This document shows, piece after piece, positions 20,882 to 32,976 of a DNA stretch of 57,444 nt (its first letter is position 1; each line of letters starts with the position of its first letter). The notes under the pieces were generated by a model that had not been told where the DNA came from, searched no databases, and saw only the letters and a program-made list of their open reading frames with translations. The position numbers and the translations under genes were made by a program. This DNA is from Myxococcales bacterium (GTDB lineage Bacteria; Myxococcota; Myxococcia; Myxococcales; UBA5297): contig JBMNNX010000006.1 in the NCBI GenBank assembly GCA_050942745.1, positions 1 through 57,444 of the forward strand. Direction: 5' to 3'.

Positions 20882-22180
20882 ATGGGACGAAGCCTGCGGA
20901 CGAGCCCTCTGCCGACGCTGACGTGGGCGCAGCGGCACAGCCGCATGTGGGACTCGACGATCTGGCTCCTTCCGGTCCTCTGGATCGCGCTCGCCGCGCT
21001 CCTCGGATGGCGGGCGCCGGCGCTCGGAGCCGCCTTCATGGGAGCGTCCGTCGCGCCGCTGAGCTCGGCGAGCGCCATCGCCACGCTCACGGCGATCGCC
21101 TCCGGGATGATCGCCCTCACGGCCATCGTCTTCTCGCTGGTCTTCGTCGCCCTGCAGTTCGGCAGCGCGAGCTACAGCCCGCGGCTGCTGCGGGTCCTCG
21201 CGAGCAACAACCTGCTCAGCACGGCCCTCGGCGTCTTCACCGGGACCTTCATCTACGCGCTCGTCGCCGTTCGCGCCGTTGACCTCGCCGGCACCAGCGG
21301 CATCAACGCCGTCGCGGTCTGGGTCGCCTGGGGCTGGTTGCTGGCGAGCGTCGTCACGCTCGTCTTGCTCATCCCCAAGGTCCAGTCTCTCTCGCTGGTC
21401 CGAGTCCTTCCCCTCATCGGCCATCTGAGCGAGCACGCGATCTCCTGGCTCTACCCTTCCCGCTTTGACGAGCAGAAGGAGAGCGAGCCCCCGCCCGAGC
21501 TGCACGCGCGCCAGGTCATCCGACACGAGGGCGCACCGGGCTATCTGACCGCGATAGACGTACGCCGGCTCGTCGGGTTGGCCGAGGCAGCCGATGGGCT
21601 CGTGTCGCTGCCGCACGCCGTCGGCGACTTCGTCCTTCGCGGCGCCCCCGTCGCCCTCGTCTCCGGTGCGGAGCTCCCGGCGAGCAAGGTGCGCCGCTGT
21701 CTGGTCATCGAGCCCTACCGCGCCGTGCGGTTCGACCCCGCCTATGGCATCCGCCTGCTCGTAGACATCGCCATTCGAGCGCTCTCGCCGGCGGTGAACG
21801 ACCCGACGACGGCGGCGATGGTGCTCGATCAGCTCGAGTCCCTGCTCTGCCGACTGGCTTGGCTCGACCTCGACGTCGGGCAGGCTCGCGACGTCGAAGG
21901 GGTGACGAGGCTCGTCTTTCCGACCCCGACCTGGGAGGACCTGCTGCGGCTCAGCGTTCTGGAGATCCAGCAGTACGGGAGCGACTCCGTCACCGTCGAG
22001 AGACGCCTGGGCGCGCTCCTGCACAGCCTGGAGAAGGCGGTCCCCGAGCCGCGCCGGCCGGCGGTGCGACGGCTGCTCGACCATCGGGAGAAGCTGGTGC
22101 GCCAGTCCTTCGCGAGCCTCGACACCGTCCGCGAAGCAGAGGCCGATGATCGGCAGGGGCTCGGGCTCGATGAGCACTGA
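20882..22180 (+). CDS. DUF2254-like membrane protein
   Basis: N-terminal TMs with VFSLVFVALQFGSASYSPRLL and LGVFTGTFIY; C-terminal LVDIAIRALSPAVNDPTTA. Confidence 0.85.
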   Translation: MGRSLRTSPLPTLTWAQRHSRMWDSTIWLLPVLWIALAALLGWRAPALGAAFMGASVAPLSSASAIATLTAIASGMIALTAIVFSLVFVALQFGSASYSPRLLRVLASNNLLSTALGVFTGTFIYALVAVRAVDLAGTSGINAVAVWVAWGWLLASVVTLVLLIPKVQSLSLVRVLPLIGHLSEHAISWLYPSRFDEQKESEPPPELHARQVIRHEGAPGYLTAIDVRRLVGLAEAADGLVSLPHAVGDFVLRGAPVALVSGAELPASKVRRCLVIEPYRAVRFDPAYGIRLLVDIAIRALSPAVNDPTTAAMVLDQLESLLCRLAWLDLDVGQARDVEGVTRLVFPTPTWEDLLRLSVLEIQQYGSDSVTVERRLGALLHSLEKAVPEPRRPAVRRLLDHREKLVRQSFASLDTVREAEADDRQGLGLDEH

Positions 22181-22281
22181 GCTGCTCGGCCACCGGGACC
22201 TCCGCGCCGAGCGCGCTCGCGGCATCCCGACGAGGCGAGCGGCGATCGGCATGACCGTGGCTCGATAGGAGGCCAAAGAAG

Positions 22282-22320
22282 GAAAACGCCCGCGAGCTTG
22301 CTGCTCTCGCGGGCGATTTC
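22282..22320. terminator. Probable bidirectional terminator hairpin between convergent genes
   Basis: AAAA-CGCCCGCGAG-loop-CTCGCGGGCG-ATTT. Confidence 0.5.
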
Positions 22321-22352
22321 ACCTCTTCGTGGCGGCGAGCGCCGTTCCGCGG

Positions 22353-22880
22353 CTACTCCGGCGACTCGGTCGGCTCGGCCTTGCGCGACGAGCGCCGGGC
22401 GTTGTTGGGGCTGAGGATGGCGCGCACCAGGTCGTCACGACAGGGATGGGCCGCGAGGATCTTGGCCTCGGTCGAGGCGATGAGCGCCTCGGTCTGCTGG
22501 ATCAACCGGGGACGCGCTCGATGCCGTGCGCCGCGAGCTTGAGCTCGGCCTCGGCGTCGGCCTTCTCGGCGACCGCTAGAGCCTCGGTCCTCGCACCGAG
22601 CCCCTGGGCCAGCGCGACGGGTCTCGGCTCACCGATGGCCTCGATCTTCGAGATCAGCGCCGCGCCAGCCACGGTCGCCTTCGCGGGGCCGAGGGCCTGG
22701 AGGTTTCTCGCCTTGGTCGTCCCGAGCAACAGCGCGTACGGCGCCTTGTCGGGCTTGCCGCCGGACAGGTAGAGCGCCTCGCGCGAGAGCGCGGAGACCG
22801 TCTCGTCCCAGGCCACGTCGCACGCGCGCACCTTGGCGGTCGTCACCGCCTCGTGCTCTTCGTCGGCGATGTACCCCTCT
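22353..22880 (-). pseudogene. Fragment of a helical hypothetical protein (no clear start; frameshift at ~22510)
   Basis: Coding-like frame IADEEHEAVTTAKVRACDVAWDETV...AAHGIERV continues after a C-run shift as RLIQQTEALIASTEAKILAAHP...TESPE*. Confidence 0.45.
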
Positions 22881-23146
22881 TGCGCGAACGTGCGCGAGAC
22901 ACCGACACCACTCGCAATTACGCCGAGTTGCGACCGGCCTGGCTCGAGCCGCAGGAGTGGACGCGCCGGCCCGCCGTCCGTCCCGCGCGCTCGCGCGGAG
23001 ACAACCACTGGCGGGGGCTCCACAAGACATCCCGGCGACCAGGCCTTCGGCCGCCCGGCCCCTGAGGCGCCTACCCTTGTACCGGCACTTGCCGGCGTGG
23101 AAAGCTGGTGATCGCGCAGATGACGCCAACTTTGCAGGAGGTCACC

Positions 23147-23554
23147 ATGCTCGAAGTCACGCGCCTTGAAGGACACCTCGTCCTCGTCAAAGTCGTCTCC
23201 CCAGTCACGCTCGACGAGATCGCCCAAGCCGACCAGCGGATGCGCGACCTCGCCCGAGAGGCCGGCGGCAAGGTCCTCATCGCCGCGGACTACCGGCAAA
23301 CGAAGCTGCTCAACCAGACCGAGGCCGACGCCCTGCTCGCGATGTTCCGCCGGCACAACGAGGGCATCGAGCCCAGCGCGGTCCTCGTCTCCAGCGAAAG
23401 CGCGATGGCGGTGCTGCAGATGTCGCGGGTCATCAAGCAGGCGAACCTGCCGACCCGGCGCGCGTTCAAGGTCGCCGCCGAGCTCGTCGAGTGGCTCGGC
23501 GACGCGGCCTCCGGGTCCGAAAAGCAGGCCCTGGCCCGCGCGTTCGCCGGCTGA
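23147..23554 (+). CDS. STAS/SEC14-like (SpoIIAA-like) small protein
   Basis: AGGAGG RBS; alpha/beta pattern VLIAADYR...SAVLVS...RAFKVAAELVEWL. Confidence 0.7.
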   Translation: MLEVTRLEGHLVLVKVVSPVTLDEIAQADQRMRDLAREAGGKVLIAADYRQTKLLNQTEADALLAMFRRHNEGIEPSAVLVSSESAMAVLQMSRVIKQANLPTRRAFKVAAELVEWLGDAASGSEKQALARAFAG

Positions 23555-23827
23555 GCCCCGCGCGGCGCGGAGGGAGAAGTGGGCGACCTCCGGGCGGCGC
23601 GTTGATGCGCACTGCGGGCCAGCCGAAGCCGTAGCCCCAAGCCGCTTTCGACGGAGAGCGGGTCGGCGCGCGTCCGGCGAATGCCTTCGACGTGCGGCCG
23701 TCCTGCGCCCCGCGCGATGGCCTCGGCCACTCGCAGGAAACGGCGATGGCCCGTGCGCGCAGCCGGCAAAGCAGGCGAACCCGCCCTGGCCGGCAGCCTG
23801 GCATCAGCGCCCGCCCGGCCAGCGCGA

Positions 23828-25165
23828 TCAGGCGGCCGGCGAGGAGTCGGCTGCCTCACTCGGCCTTTCGTAGGGCAACGAGAAGCAGAACGCCGAGCCC
23901 TTGCCCAGCTCGCTCTCGAACCAGATCCGCCCGCCGTGGCGCTCGACTACCTCGCGCGCGATGGTCAGGCCGATGCCCATGCCGCCGCGGCTGGAGAGGA
24001 CGCGGCCGGGGTGCGCCTGGTAGAAGCGCTCGAAGACGTGAGAGCGCTCGTCCTCGGAGATGCCGAGCCCCTGGTCTTCGACGCGCACGACGCAGCCGTC
24101 GGGCCCCCGCGAGACCGAGACGCGCACGAGGCCGCCGTGCGGCGAGAACTTCACGGCGTTGTCGAGCAAGTTCACCAGCACCTGCTCGACCCGCTCGCGA
24201 TCGGCCTCGACGCAGGCGCCCGGCTCGCAGTCGAGCAGCAGCTGGTGGCGAGAGGTGAGGGGTTGGACGTGGGCGACGGCCTCGGCGGCCAGCTCGTGCA
24301 GCTCGCAGCGCTGCGTGCGCAGGCTCAGGCGCCCGAGGTCAACCCTCGAGAGATCGAGCAGGTCCTCGACGAGCTGGTTCATGCGGTCGCACTGGCGGTT
24401 GATGACCTCGAGCCCGCGGTCGGCCTGCGCGCCCTCGAGCCCGCGCCGGCGCAGCAGCTGCGCGTAGCCCTTGACCGAGGTGAGCGGGGTCTTCAGCTCG
24501 TGCGCGGCGATGGAGAGGAACTCCTCGCGAAGCCGTTCGAGCCGCTTCATCTCGCCGATGTCCTCGAAGCTGACGACCGCGAGCGTCACCGGCATCGGCC
24601 GCTCTCCGTCGACGGGCGCGGCGCTCATCGCGACGAAGCGCTCGGTGCCGTCGGCCGCGCGCAAAATCGCCTCTTCGCGGCGCACCGTGGCACCGGCGAG
24701 CGCGCGCCCGATGGGCGAGTCTCCGACCTCCAAGGGCGCGCCCGCCGGGTTGCGCAGCCCGAAGCGGCGGCAGAAATCGGCGGCGGAGACGAGCAGCTCG
24801 GAGGCGTCGCGAGCCGCGAGCAGGCCGACGGCGGCGCGGTTGGCCTCAAGGATTCGCCCCTCGCCGTCGACGACGAGGACCGCGTCGACCATGCTCTCGA
24901 TGGTATTGGCGAGCGCTCGCCGCGACTGGCGCAAGGGACGGGTCGCCGCCTGCAGCAGCCACAGCAGGCCCAGGGCCGAGGCGGCGACGAAGAGCCAACT
25001 GAAGAGATCACGGGCGTGCGTCCGCCCTATCTCGCTGGCGAACAGGCGCACGGCCAGCTCCTGGGCGAAGAGCAGCCAGAGCGCTCCGAGGATCGCGTAG
25101 CCCAGCGCGGCCAACCAAGGCGCCCACCGCCACGAGAGGCGTCTCGAGGGAGAGAAGGGATTCAC
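23828..25165 (-). CDS. Membrane sensor histidine kinase with PAS domain (no adjacent response regulator)
   Basis: Two N-terminal TMs, PAS (DAVLVVDGEGRILEANRAA), H-box AHELKTPLT, N-box NLLDNAVKF, G-boxes DQGLGI and GMGIGL. Start is uncertain (GTG 25165, or 25231). Confidence 0.9.
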   Translation of the reverse strand: MNPFSPSRRLSWRWAPWLAALGYAILGALWLLFAQELAVRLFASEIGRTHARDLFSWLFVAASALGLLWLLQAATRPLRQSRRALANTIESMVDAVLVVDGEGRILEANRAAVGLLAARDASELLVSAADFCRRFGLRNPAGAPLEVGDSPIGRALAGATVRREEAILRAADGTERFVAMSAAPVDGERPMPVTLAVVSFEDIGEMKRLERLREEFLSIAAHELKTPLTSVKGYAQLLRRRGLEGAQADRGLEVINRQCDRMNQLVEDLLDLSRVDLGRLSLRTQRCELHELAAEAVAHVQPLTSRHQLLLDCEPGACVEADRERVEQVLVNLLDNAVKFSPHGGLVRVSVSRGPDGCVVRVEDQGLGISEDERSHVFERFYQAHPGRVLSSRGGMGIGLTIAREVVERHGGRIWFESELGKGSAFCFSLPYERPSEAADSSPAA

Positions 25166-25833
25166 GTGCCCGCCCCGATCCCGGCCCGCCTGCGCGCAGA
25201 CCGCACAGGCTGTCCTGCACTGGGCCAACACGCACTGTTGCCGACTTTGTTCCCCGAAAGACGACGGCCGCTACTTGGCGTTACACGCAGAGTCGAATTG
25301 GCTGTCGTTTCGGCGGGTTTGAGACCGACGTGCTGCCAACCGCGCCTCGCCCGGGCGAATCGCTCGAGGCCAGGTGCGGCGTCGCCGGCGGCAAGCGACC
25401 GCGCTCACGTCGAAGCAGCGCTGAGTGGCGGCGCGCGGACGGTGGGGATGTCGGGGACGAAGCCCACGTCGTCGCTCCTAGCCCACAGCTCCATCTGCGC
25501 GGAGGTCACATCCGGCGACGGGATTTGTGAACAGAGGCCGCAATTGGGGGGGAGGGCCGCCGCCTCGGCGGCCCGCGCGTGTGGCGACGGGATTGCACAG
25601 GGGGGAAGGTGGAGCAACACCAGATCCGCCACTCGTCGTTCGGGCGACCGAAGACGACCTGTCGCCGCGACACGACGCGGAGCTGGAGCTCCGCGGTCCG
25701 TCCGTTTGGTCGCGGCATCGCAAGCTGGGCCTACGCTCGGGCTGACCGGTGTTGGTTCAAGGTCAAAGCCGACCGTCGGACCGGTCTCAAGGTCGGGAAA
25801 GACGGCGAGCGCGCCGTTGCAGGTGCCCGGGAC

Positions 25834-25870
25834 GAAGAAAGGCCGGGCGTCGGTGGACGCCCGGCCTTCT
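25834..25870 (-). terminator. Intrinsic terminator downstream of tRNA-Gln
   Basis: AAGGCCGGGCGTC-CACC-GACGCCCGGCCTT followed by TCTTC on the minus strand. Confidence 0.75.
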
Positions 25871-25871
25871 G

Positions 25872-25942
25872 CTGGGGCACTAGGATTCGAACCTAGATAG
25901 GAGGATTCAAAGTCCTCAGTCCTGCCTTTAGACGATGCCCCA
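25872..25942 (-). tRNA. trnQ: tRNA-Gln (anticodon TTG), CCA not encoded
   Basis: Minus strand TGGGGCATCGTCTAAAGGCAGGACTGAGGACTTTGAATCCTCCTATCTAGGTTCGAATCCTAGTGCCCCAG: acceptor TGGGGCA/TGCCCCA, anticodon arm GAGGA-CTTTGAA-TCCTC, T-arm CTAGG-TTCGAAT-CCTAG. Confidence 0.95.
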
Positions 25943-25978
25943 AGAATCGCGGCCCGCGCAGTCTAGAAGCGTCCTCGC

Positions 25979-28441
<2,463 letters not shown>

Positions 28442-28889
28442 CTAAGCGGGCGAGCGTGCCCTCGACACCTTCGCGACGCGCTTCGAGCCTGTCGCACGCG
28501 GGGGTGGAAAGAGTGTTCAACAGTACCACGTCGCGGCTTCGCCCTCAAGACCCAAGAAACCGGCTAACCCCTCTGATTTATTCCAAGATCGCCCGCTCGC
28601 CCGGCTCCCGCGAAAAGCGCGTCCTCTGGCGCCGACGCCGGCCCGCGGCCCTGGGGCGCAACGCGGCGGGGCGACCCCGTGCTAACGTGCCGCGAGCTCT
28701 TCGGGCCGAACGCCGGAGCAAGGAGAGTCGACGGCTCGTTCCTCGCGCAGCAGGCGACCGTGGCACCCCGCGGCCCGAGGGGTGCTGCGGCCACCATCGA
28801 AGGTGCGTCTCGACCGACCTCACGCACGCCCGCGGGCCGGGCGAGCTGCCTGAAGCGAAGTATGTAGCCCGAGCCACCAAGGAGCAGTC

Positions 28890-29675
28890 ATGAAGCGCCC
28901 GTTGTTCGCACTGGTTGCCTGTTCACTGGCCGCCTGCGTCCACAGCGGCCCGGCGCCGAGCGCCGTGAAGGCCGCGCCGCGGCCCGAGGGGTGCGCGACG
29001 GCATCGCTCGTCGTCCTGCGCAACGTGGCGACAGCCTCCGCGGTCGATCCGGTCGAGACCGAGCGGGCGATCCTCCTCAGCGAGTCGTTCCGGGCCTCGG
29101 TCGCGCGCACCTCGCCCTCGGTCGACCTGCGCGCGGCGATGAACGTCCAGCGGGTCGGCCGCAGCGCCGTGCTCGTGGTGCGCACCACCGCGGCCCACCG
29201 CGCCGAGGCGCTCGCGGTCTGCAACGCAGTGCTCGACGCGGCCTTCCTCTTCGGCAAGGAGGGGCTCGACTTCCTCGAGGAGCAGGCGCGCGCCCTGGAG
29301 GCGGAGCTGGACCCCAAGGAGAAGGCGCTGCGCGAGTTCTACGAGAAGAACGACCTGCACGTGCTGCCGCTCGCCGATCGCCTGGCGATCGTGCAGGCGA
29401 GGATCCGCGAGCTCTCGCTCGCGCTGCGGCCCTCCCGCGGCGCTGCGGCCCTCAGCCCCGCCGAGAGCGCCGCGCTCCAGGCCGCCCTCCAGGAGTCGCG
29501 CGACGAGGCGCTGCGCCTCGACGCAGTCAAGCTCGAGGCGCTGCGGCTCGAGCGCGAGCTCGAGACGGTGCGGATGCGCTACGATCTCGTGCGCAAGAAG
29601 CTCGCCGAAGAGGCGCTCGCCAAGGTGCTCGAGCAGGACCTCCGGGTGCTCGACCGCTGCGCGCCCTGCGAGTAG
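28890..29675 (+). CDS. Lipoprotein with coiled-coil region resembling a Wzc/GumC polysaccharide co-polymerase periplasmic domain
   Basis: AGGAG RBS; lipobox LAAC; LDFLEEQARALEAEL..KEKALREFYEKN, RLERELE..RMRYDL..KKLAE, LRVLDR; no TM helices. Confidence 0.6.
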   Translation: MKRPLFALVACSLAACVHSGPAPSAVKAAPRPEGCATASLVVLRNVATASAVDPVETERAILLSESFRASVARTSPSVDLRAAMNVQRVGRSAVLVVRTTAAHRAEALAVCNAVLDAAFLFGKEGLDFLEEQARALEAELDPKEKALREFYEKNDLHVLPLADRLAIVQARIRELSLALRPSRGAAALSPAESAALQAALQESRDEALRLDAVKLEALRLERELETVRMRYDLVRKKLAEEALAKVLEQDLRVLDRCAPCE

Positions 29676-29768
29676 ACAGTCGAGAGTCGAGGGTCGAGAG
29701 TTTGATGGGGTGCAGCTCTTGACCCTCGGAGCCTTTTCGGCCGGGGTGTTGGACGCGGCAAGCGGCCG

Positions 29769-30881
29769 CTAACCGTGAAACGGTCCGAACACGCCGCGCT
29801 CGACCCCGAGGAGCTGGGCGTCCTCTCCGATCGCCTGCCGGACGAGCCGCTCGTCGGTCGTCGTCAGGAAGACCTGCTGGTTCGACGCGCGCAGGTACTC
29901 CATCAGATAGGCGTTGCGCGCGGGGTCGAGCTCGCTCGAGACGTCATCGAGGAGCAGCAACGGCGGCCGGCCCAGGCTCGCCCGCAGGTTCTCGATCTCG
30001 GCGATCTTGAGGGCGAGGACGACTGCGCGCTGCTGGCCCTGCGAGGCGAAGGAGCGCGCGGGCCTGCCGCCGAGCAGCAGCTCGAGGTCGTCGGTATGCG
30101 GCCCGACGGAGGTGAAGCCGCGCTCCTGGTCGCGCGAGGCCCGATGGCGCAAGGCCGCCAGCAGCTCGCTGGCGATCTGCGACTCACCCTCCAACGCCTT
30201 GGGTTTCAGGCCCGAAGGCGCATAGCGCGTCTGCAGGCCGCCGTCGCCGACGGCGATGGCCTCGAAGCTGCCTCCGGCCCGCGGGCCTATCTCGGCGACG
30301 AAGGCGAGCCTTCGGGCTACGACCCGCGCGCCGGCGCGCGCGAGCGCCTCGTCGAAGACCTCGAGCAGCGCGGGCGCCGCCCGCTCCTTGAGCAGGCGGT
30401 TGCGCTGCTTGAGCGCGCGCTGATAGTCGCGGCAAGCCTCAAGGTGGCTGGGAAAGCGGTTGAAGACCGCCCGGTCGAGCAGGCGCCTGCGGCCGTCGGG
30501 ACCGCCCTTGGTCACCGAGAGGTCGTCGGGCGTGAAGGCGACCACCGAGACGCCGCCAAAGTAGTCCGCCAGGCTCTTGGCAGGCTTGCCGTCGACGAAC
30601 GCCTCGCGCCCGCCGGAGTGAACCTCGACCGAAATCTCCCGCTCGGCCCCGCCCAGCGCAAAGCGCCCGCTCACCCGGCCGCGCTCCTCGCCAAAGCGCA
30701 CCAGCTCGGCGTACCGGCTCGCGCGCAGCGGCCTCAGGGTGGCGAGCACATAGAGCGCCTCGAGCAGGTTGGTCTTGCCTTGGCCGTTCGGGCCGACGAT
30801 GACGGTCGCCCGAGCGGCCGGCACCAGGTCGGCCGCCTCGATGTTGCGAAAATTGCGGACTTCCAGCGCGAGCAGGCGCAT
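29769..30881 (-). CDS. recF: DNA replication/repair protein RecF
   Basis: NFRN, GPNGQGKTNLLEA, RRRLLD, GPHTDDL, SQGQQR, LLLDDVSSELD; AGGAG RBS. Confidence 0.97.
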   Translation of the reverse strand: MRLLALEVRNFRNIEAADLVPAARATVIVGPNGQGKTNLLEALYVLATLRPLRASRYAELVRFGEERGRVSGRFALGGAEREISVEVHSGGREAFVDGKPAKSLADYFGGVSVVAFTPDDLSVTKGGPDGRRRLLDRAVFNRFPSHLEACRDYQRALKQRNRLLKERAAPALLEVFDEALARAGARVVARRLAFVAEIGPRAGGSFEAIAVGDGGLQTRYAPSGLKPKALEGESQIASELLAALRHRASRDQERGFTSVGPHTDDLELLLGGRPARSFASQGQQRAVVLALKIAEIENLRASLGRPPLLLLDDVSSELDPARNAYLMEYLRASNQQVFLTTTDERLVRQAIGEDAQLLGVERGVFGPFHG

Positions 30882-30992
30882 GCGGCTCCTCTTGGCAGGG
30901 CGCTTGTCAAAACGCAAGGCCGAGCTGATAGCGTCCCCGAAGCGCCCGGCCCCGCCCGATGCCATTTGCCGAGCCCGTGCCGAATTTGAACC

Positions 30993-31970
30993 GTGGCGCA
31001 TCCGCTCGCTCCCGAGCGAGCACAGGGACGTCTCCAGGAGGCCAGCTTGGCGAAGCGCGATCCGCCCGAAAGGCCGGCGCTCCAGTTGGGCGCCGCGTGG
31101 CCTCGGCCCTCCAAGGGAGGCGCCCGGCCGGCCATCACCAAGAAGGCTCGCTCCTCGAAGGCGATCAAGCTGCCGTCGGCCCGCTCCAACTACTCCCCTG
31201 CCATCAAGAGCTCGGCCGACAGCGACTCCGCCTCGCAGGTCGCCGCGCGGCGCGCCGCGCTCATCGCCCTCAACGAGGACCGGGTCCCGTTCGTGGTCGC
31301 CGGCGCCTACGCGATGCGCGAGTACACCAGCATCCGGCGCGACACCAAAGACCTCGACATCTTCTGCCGCCGCAAGGACGCCGGCCGCGCGCTGACGAGC
31401 CTGGCCCGCGTGGGGTTTCGGGTGGAGATGACCGACTCGCTCTGGCTCGCCAAGGGCTTCGCCGAGAACGGCGAGTTCGTCGACGTCATCTTCTCTTCGG
31501 GCAACGGCGTGGCCGAGGTCGACGAGCTTTGGCTGCGGCGCGCCCGGAAGGCGCGCGTGCTCGGGGTCGACTCGCTCATCGCTCCGCCCGAGGAGATGAT
31601 CTGGTCGAAGAGCTACGTCCAGGAGCGCGAGCGCTACGACGGCGCGGACATCCAGCACCTGCTGCTCTGGTGCGCCGAGAGCCTCGACTGGAAGCTCTTG
31701 CTCGACCGGATGCGCCCCCACCCCGAGGTCTTGCTCGCGCACCTGCTGTTGTTTCGCTTCAGCTATCCGGGCGATCGCGACAAGATCCCCGCCTGGGTCC
31801 TCGACGAGCTGATCGCGCTCTCACGGCGCCCGGCGCTCCCGTCGGAGAAGCGACTTTGCCGCGGAACCCTGCTGTCGGGGCGCCAGTACGAGATCGACCT
31901 CGCCGAGGGATACCGCGACGCCCGCCCGCTCGAGGTGCCGGCCTGGCGCGAGCACCGCGAGCCGCCGTGA
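30993..31970 (+). CDS. Nucleotidyltransferase-family protein (start uncertain)
   Basis: VVAGAYAM...RDTKDLDIF (GA...DxD Pol-beta-type motif), VDVIFSSGNG, KSYVQERERYDGAD. Confidence 0.8.
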   Translation: MAHPLAPERAQGRLQEASLAKRDPPERPALQLGAAWPRPSKGGARPAITKKARSSKAIKLPSARSNYSPAIKSSADSDSASQVAARRAALIALNEDRVPFVVAGAYAMREYTSIRRDTKDLDIFCRRKDAGRALTSLARVGFRVEMTDSLWLAKGFAENGEFVDVIFSSGNGVAEVDELWLRRARKARVLGVDSLIAPPEEMIWSKSYVQERERYDGADIQHLLLWCAESLDWKLLLDRMRPHPEVLLAHLLLFRFSYPGDRDKIPAWVLDELIALSRRPALPSEKRLCRGTLLSGRQYEIDLAEGYRDARPLEVPAWREHREPP

Positions 31971-32074
31971 AGAGGCATGGGGACTTCGCCGCGACAGCCG
32001 CGTCGGCCGCTGGGAGCTGCAGGCGTTCGTGCGGCCGACAGCTTGGCCAGGAGAAGGGAACGGACTCGAGACCG

Positions 32075-32857
32075 ATGCAATTCGACGAGGGCCGCGGTTC
32101 CGGAAGTGAGGGGCCAAAGGAGACCGACGGCCCGCCCTCCAGGCCCATTCGCGTCGCCGCTTCGGGCGACCTCCACTCCCGACTCGACCGCCCGAACCGC
32201 CTGCGGCGCATCTTCCGCGAGGTCAACGACCAGGCGGACATCCTGCTGCTCGCCGGAGATCTGACCGACCACGGCGACCCCGACGAAGCCGAGCAGCTGG
32301 CCGAGGATCTGTCGGCCGTGCGCGTGCCCATCGTCGCGGTGCTCGGCAATCACGACTACGAGATGGGAAAGGCGGACGAGGTGGTTCGCATCCTCTCGCG
32401 CGGCGGCATCCGCGTCCTCGACGGCAGCTACTTCATCTTCGAAAGGCGCCTGGCCATCGCCGGCACCAAGGGCTTTGCCGGAGGCTTCGGGCGCGCAACG
32501 CTCGAGCCCTGGGGTGAGGAGCCGATCAAGCGGTTCGTGTTCGAGGCAGTCAACGAGTCTCTCAAGCTCGAGAGCGCGCTCGCGCGCATCAAGGATTTCC
32601 CCAAGCGCATCGCGCTGACGCACTACGCCCCCGTCCACGGCACGACCGAGGGCGAGAACCCGGAGATCATCCCGTTCCTCGGCTGCTCGCGCCTCGCCGA
32701 GCCTATCGACAAGTTCGGGGCCGACTTCGCGGTCCACGGCCACGCGCACAAGGGGCAGACGCAGGCGAGCACGCCGGGCGGGATACCGGTCTACAACGTG
32801 GTCATGAAGCTGCTGAACCAAGCGACCGGGCGACGTTTCGTCGTCCTGGAGATCTAG
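32075..32857 (+). CDS. Calcineurin-like metallophosphoesterase
   Basis: GDLH, AGDLTD, GNHD, THY, HGHAH motifs. Confidence 0.9.
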   Translation: MQFDEGRGSGSEGPKETDGPPSRPIRVAASGDLHSRLDRPNRLRRIFREVNDQADILLLAGDLTDHGDPDEAEQLAEDLSAVRVPIVAVLGNHDYEMGKADEVVRILSRGGIRVLDGSYFIFERRLAIAGTKGFAGGFGRATLEPWGEEPIKRFVFEAVNESLKLESALARIKDFPKRIALTHYAPVHGTTEGENPEIIPFLGCSRLAEPIDKFGADFAVHGHAHKGQTQASTPGGIPVYNVVMKLLNQATGRRFVVLEI

Positions 32858-32976
32858 CCGCAAGCCGAGCGGTCTCGGCCCGAGCATTGCGCCGGCACCC
32901 GGGGCGCCATGACGGCAAAGCACCGGGATCGAGCTGCTCGATCCCGGCTTCGCAGCGCGAAATTCGCTCCTGGTTC

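Noticed and set aside
29676-29700. Short GTCGAG(A/G) heptamer run between convergent genes
   Set aside because: Only about three units; too short to interpret.
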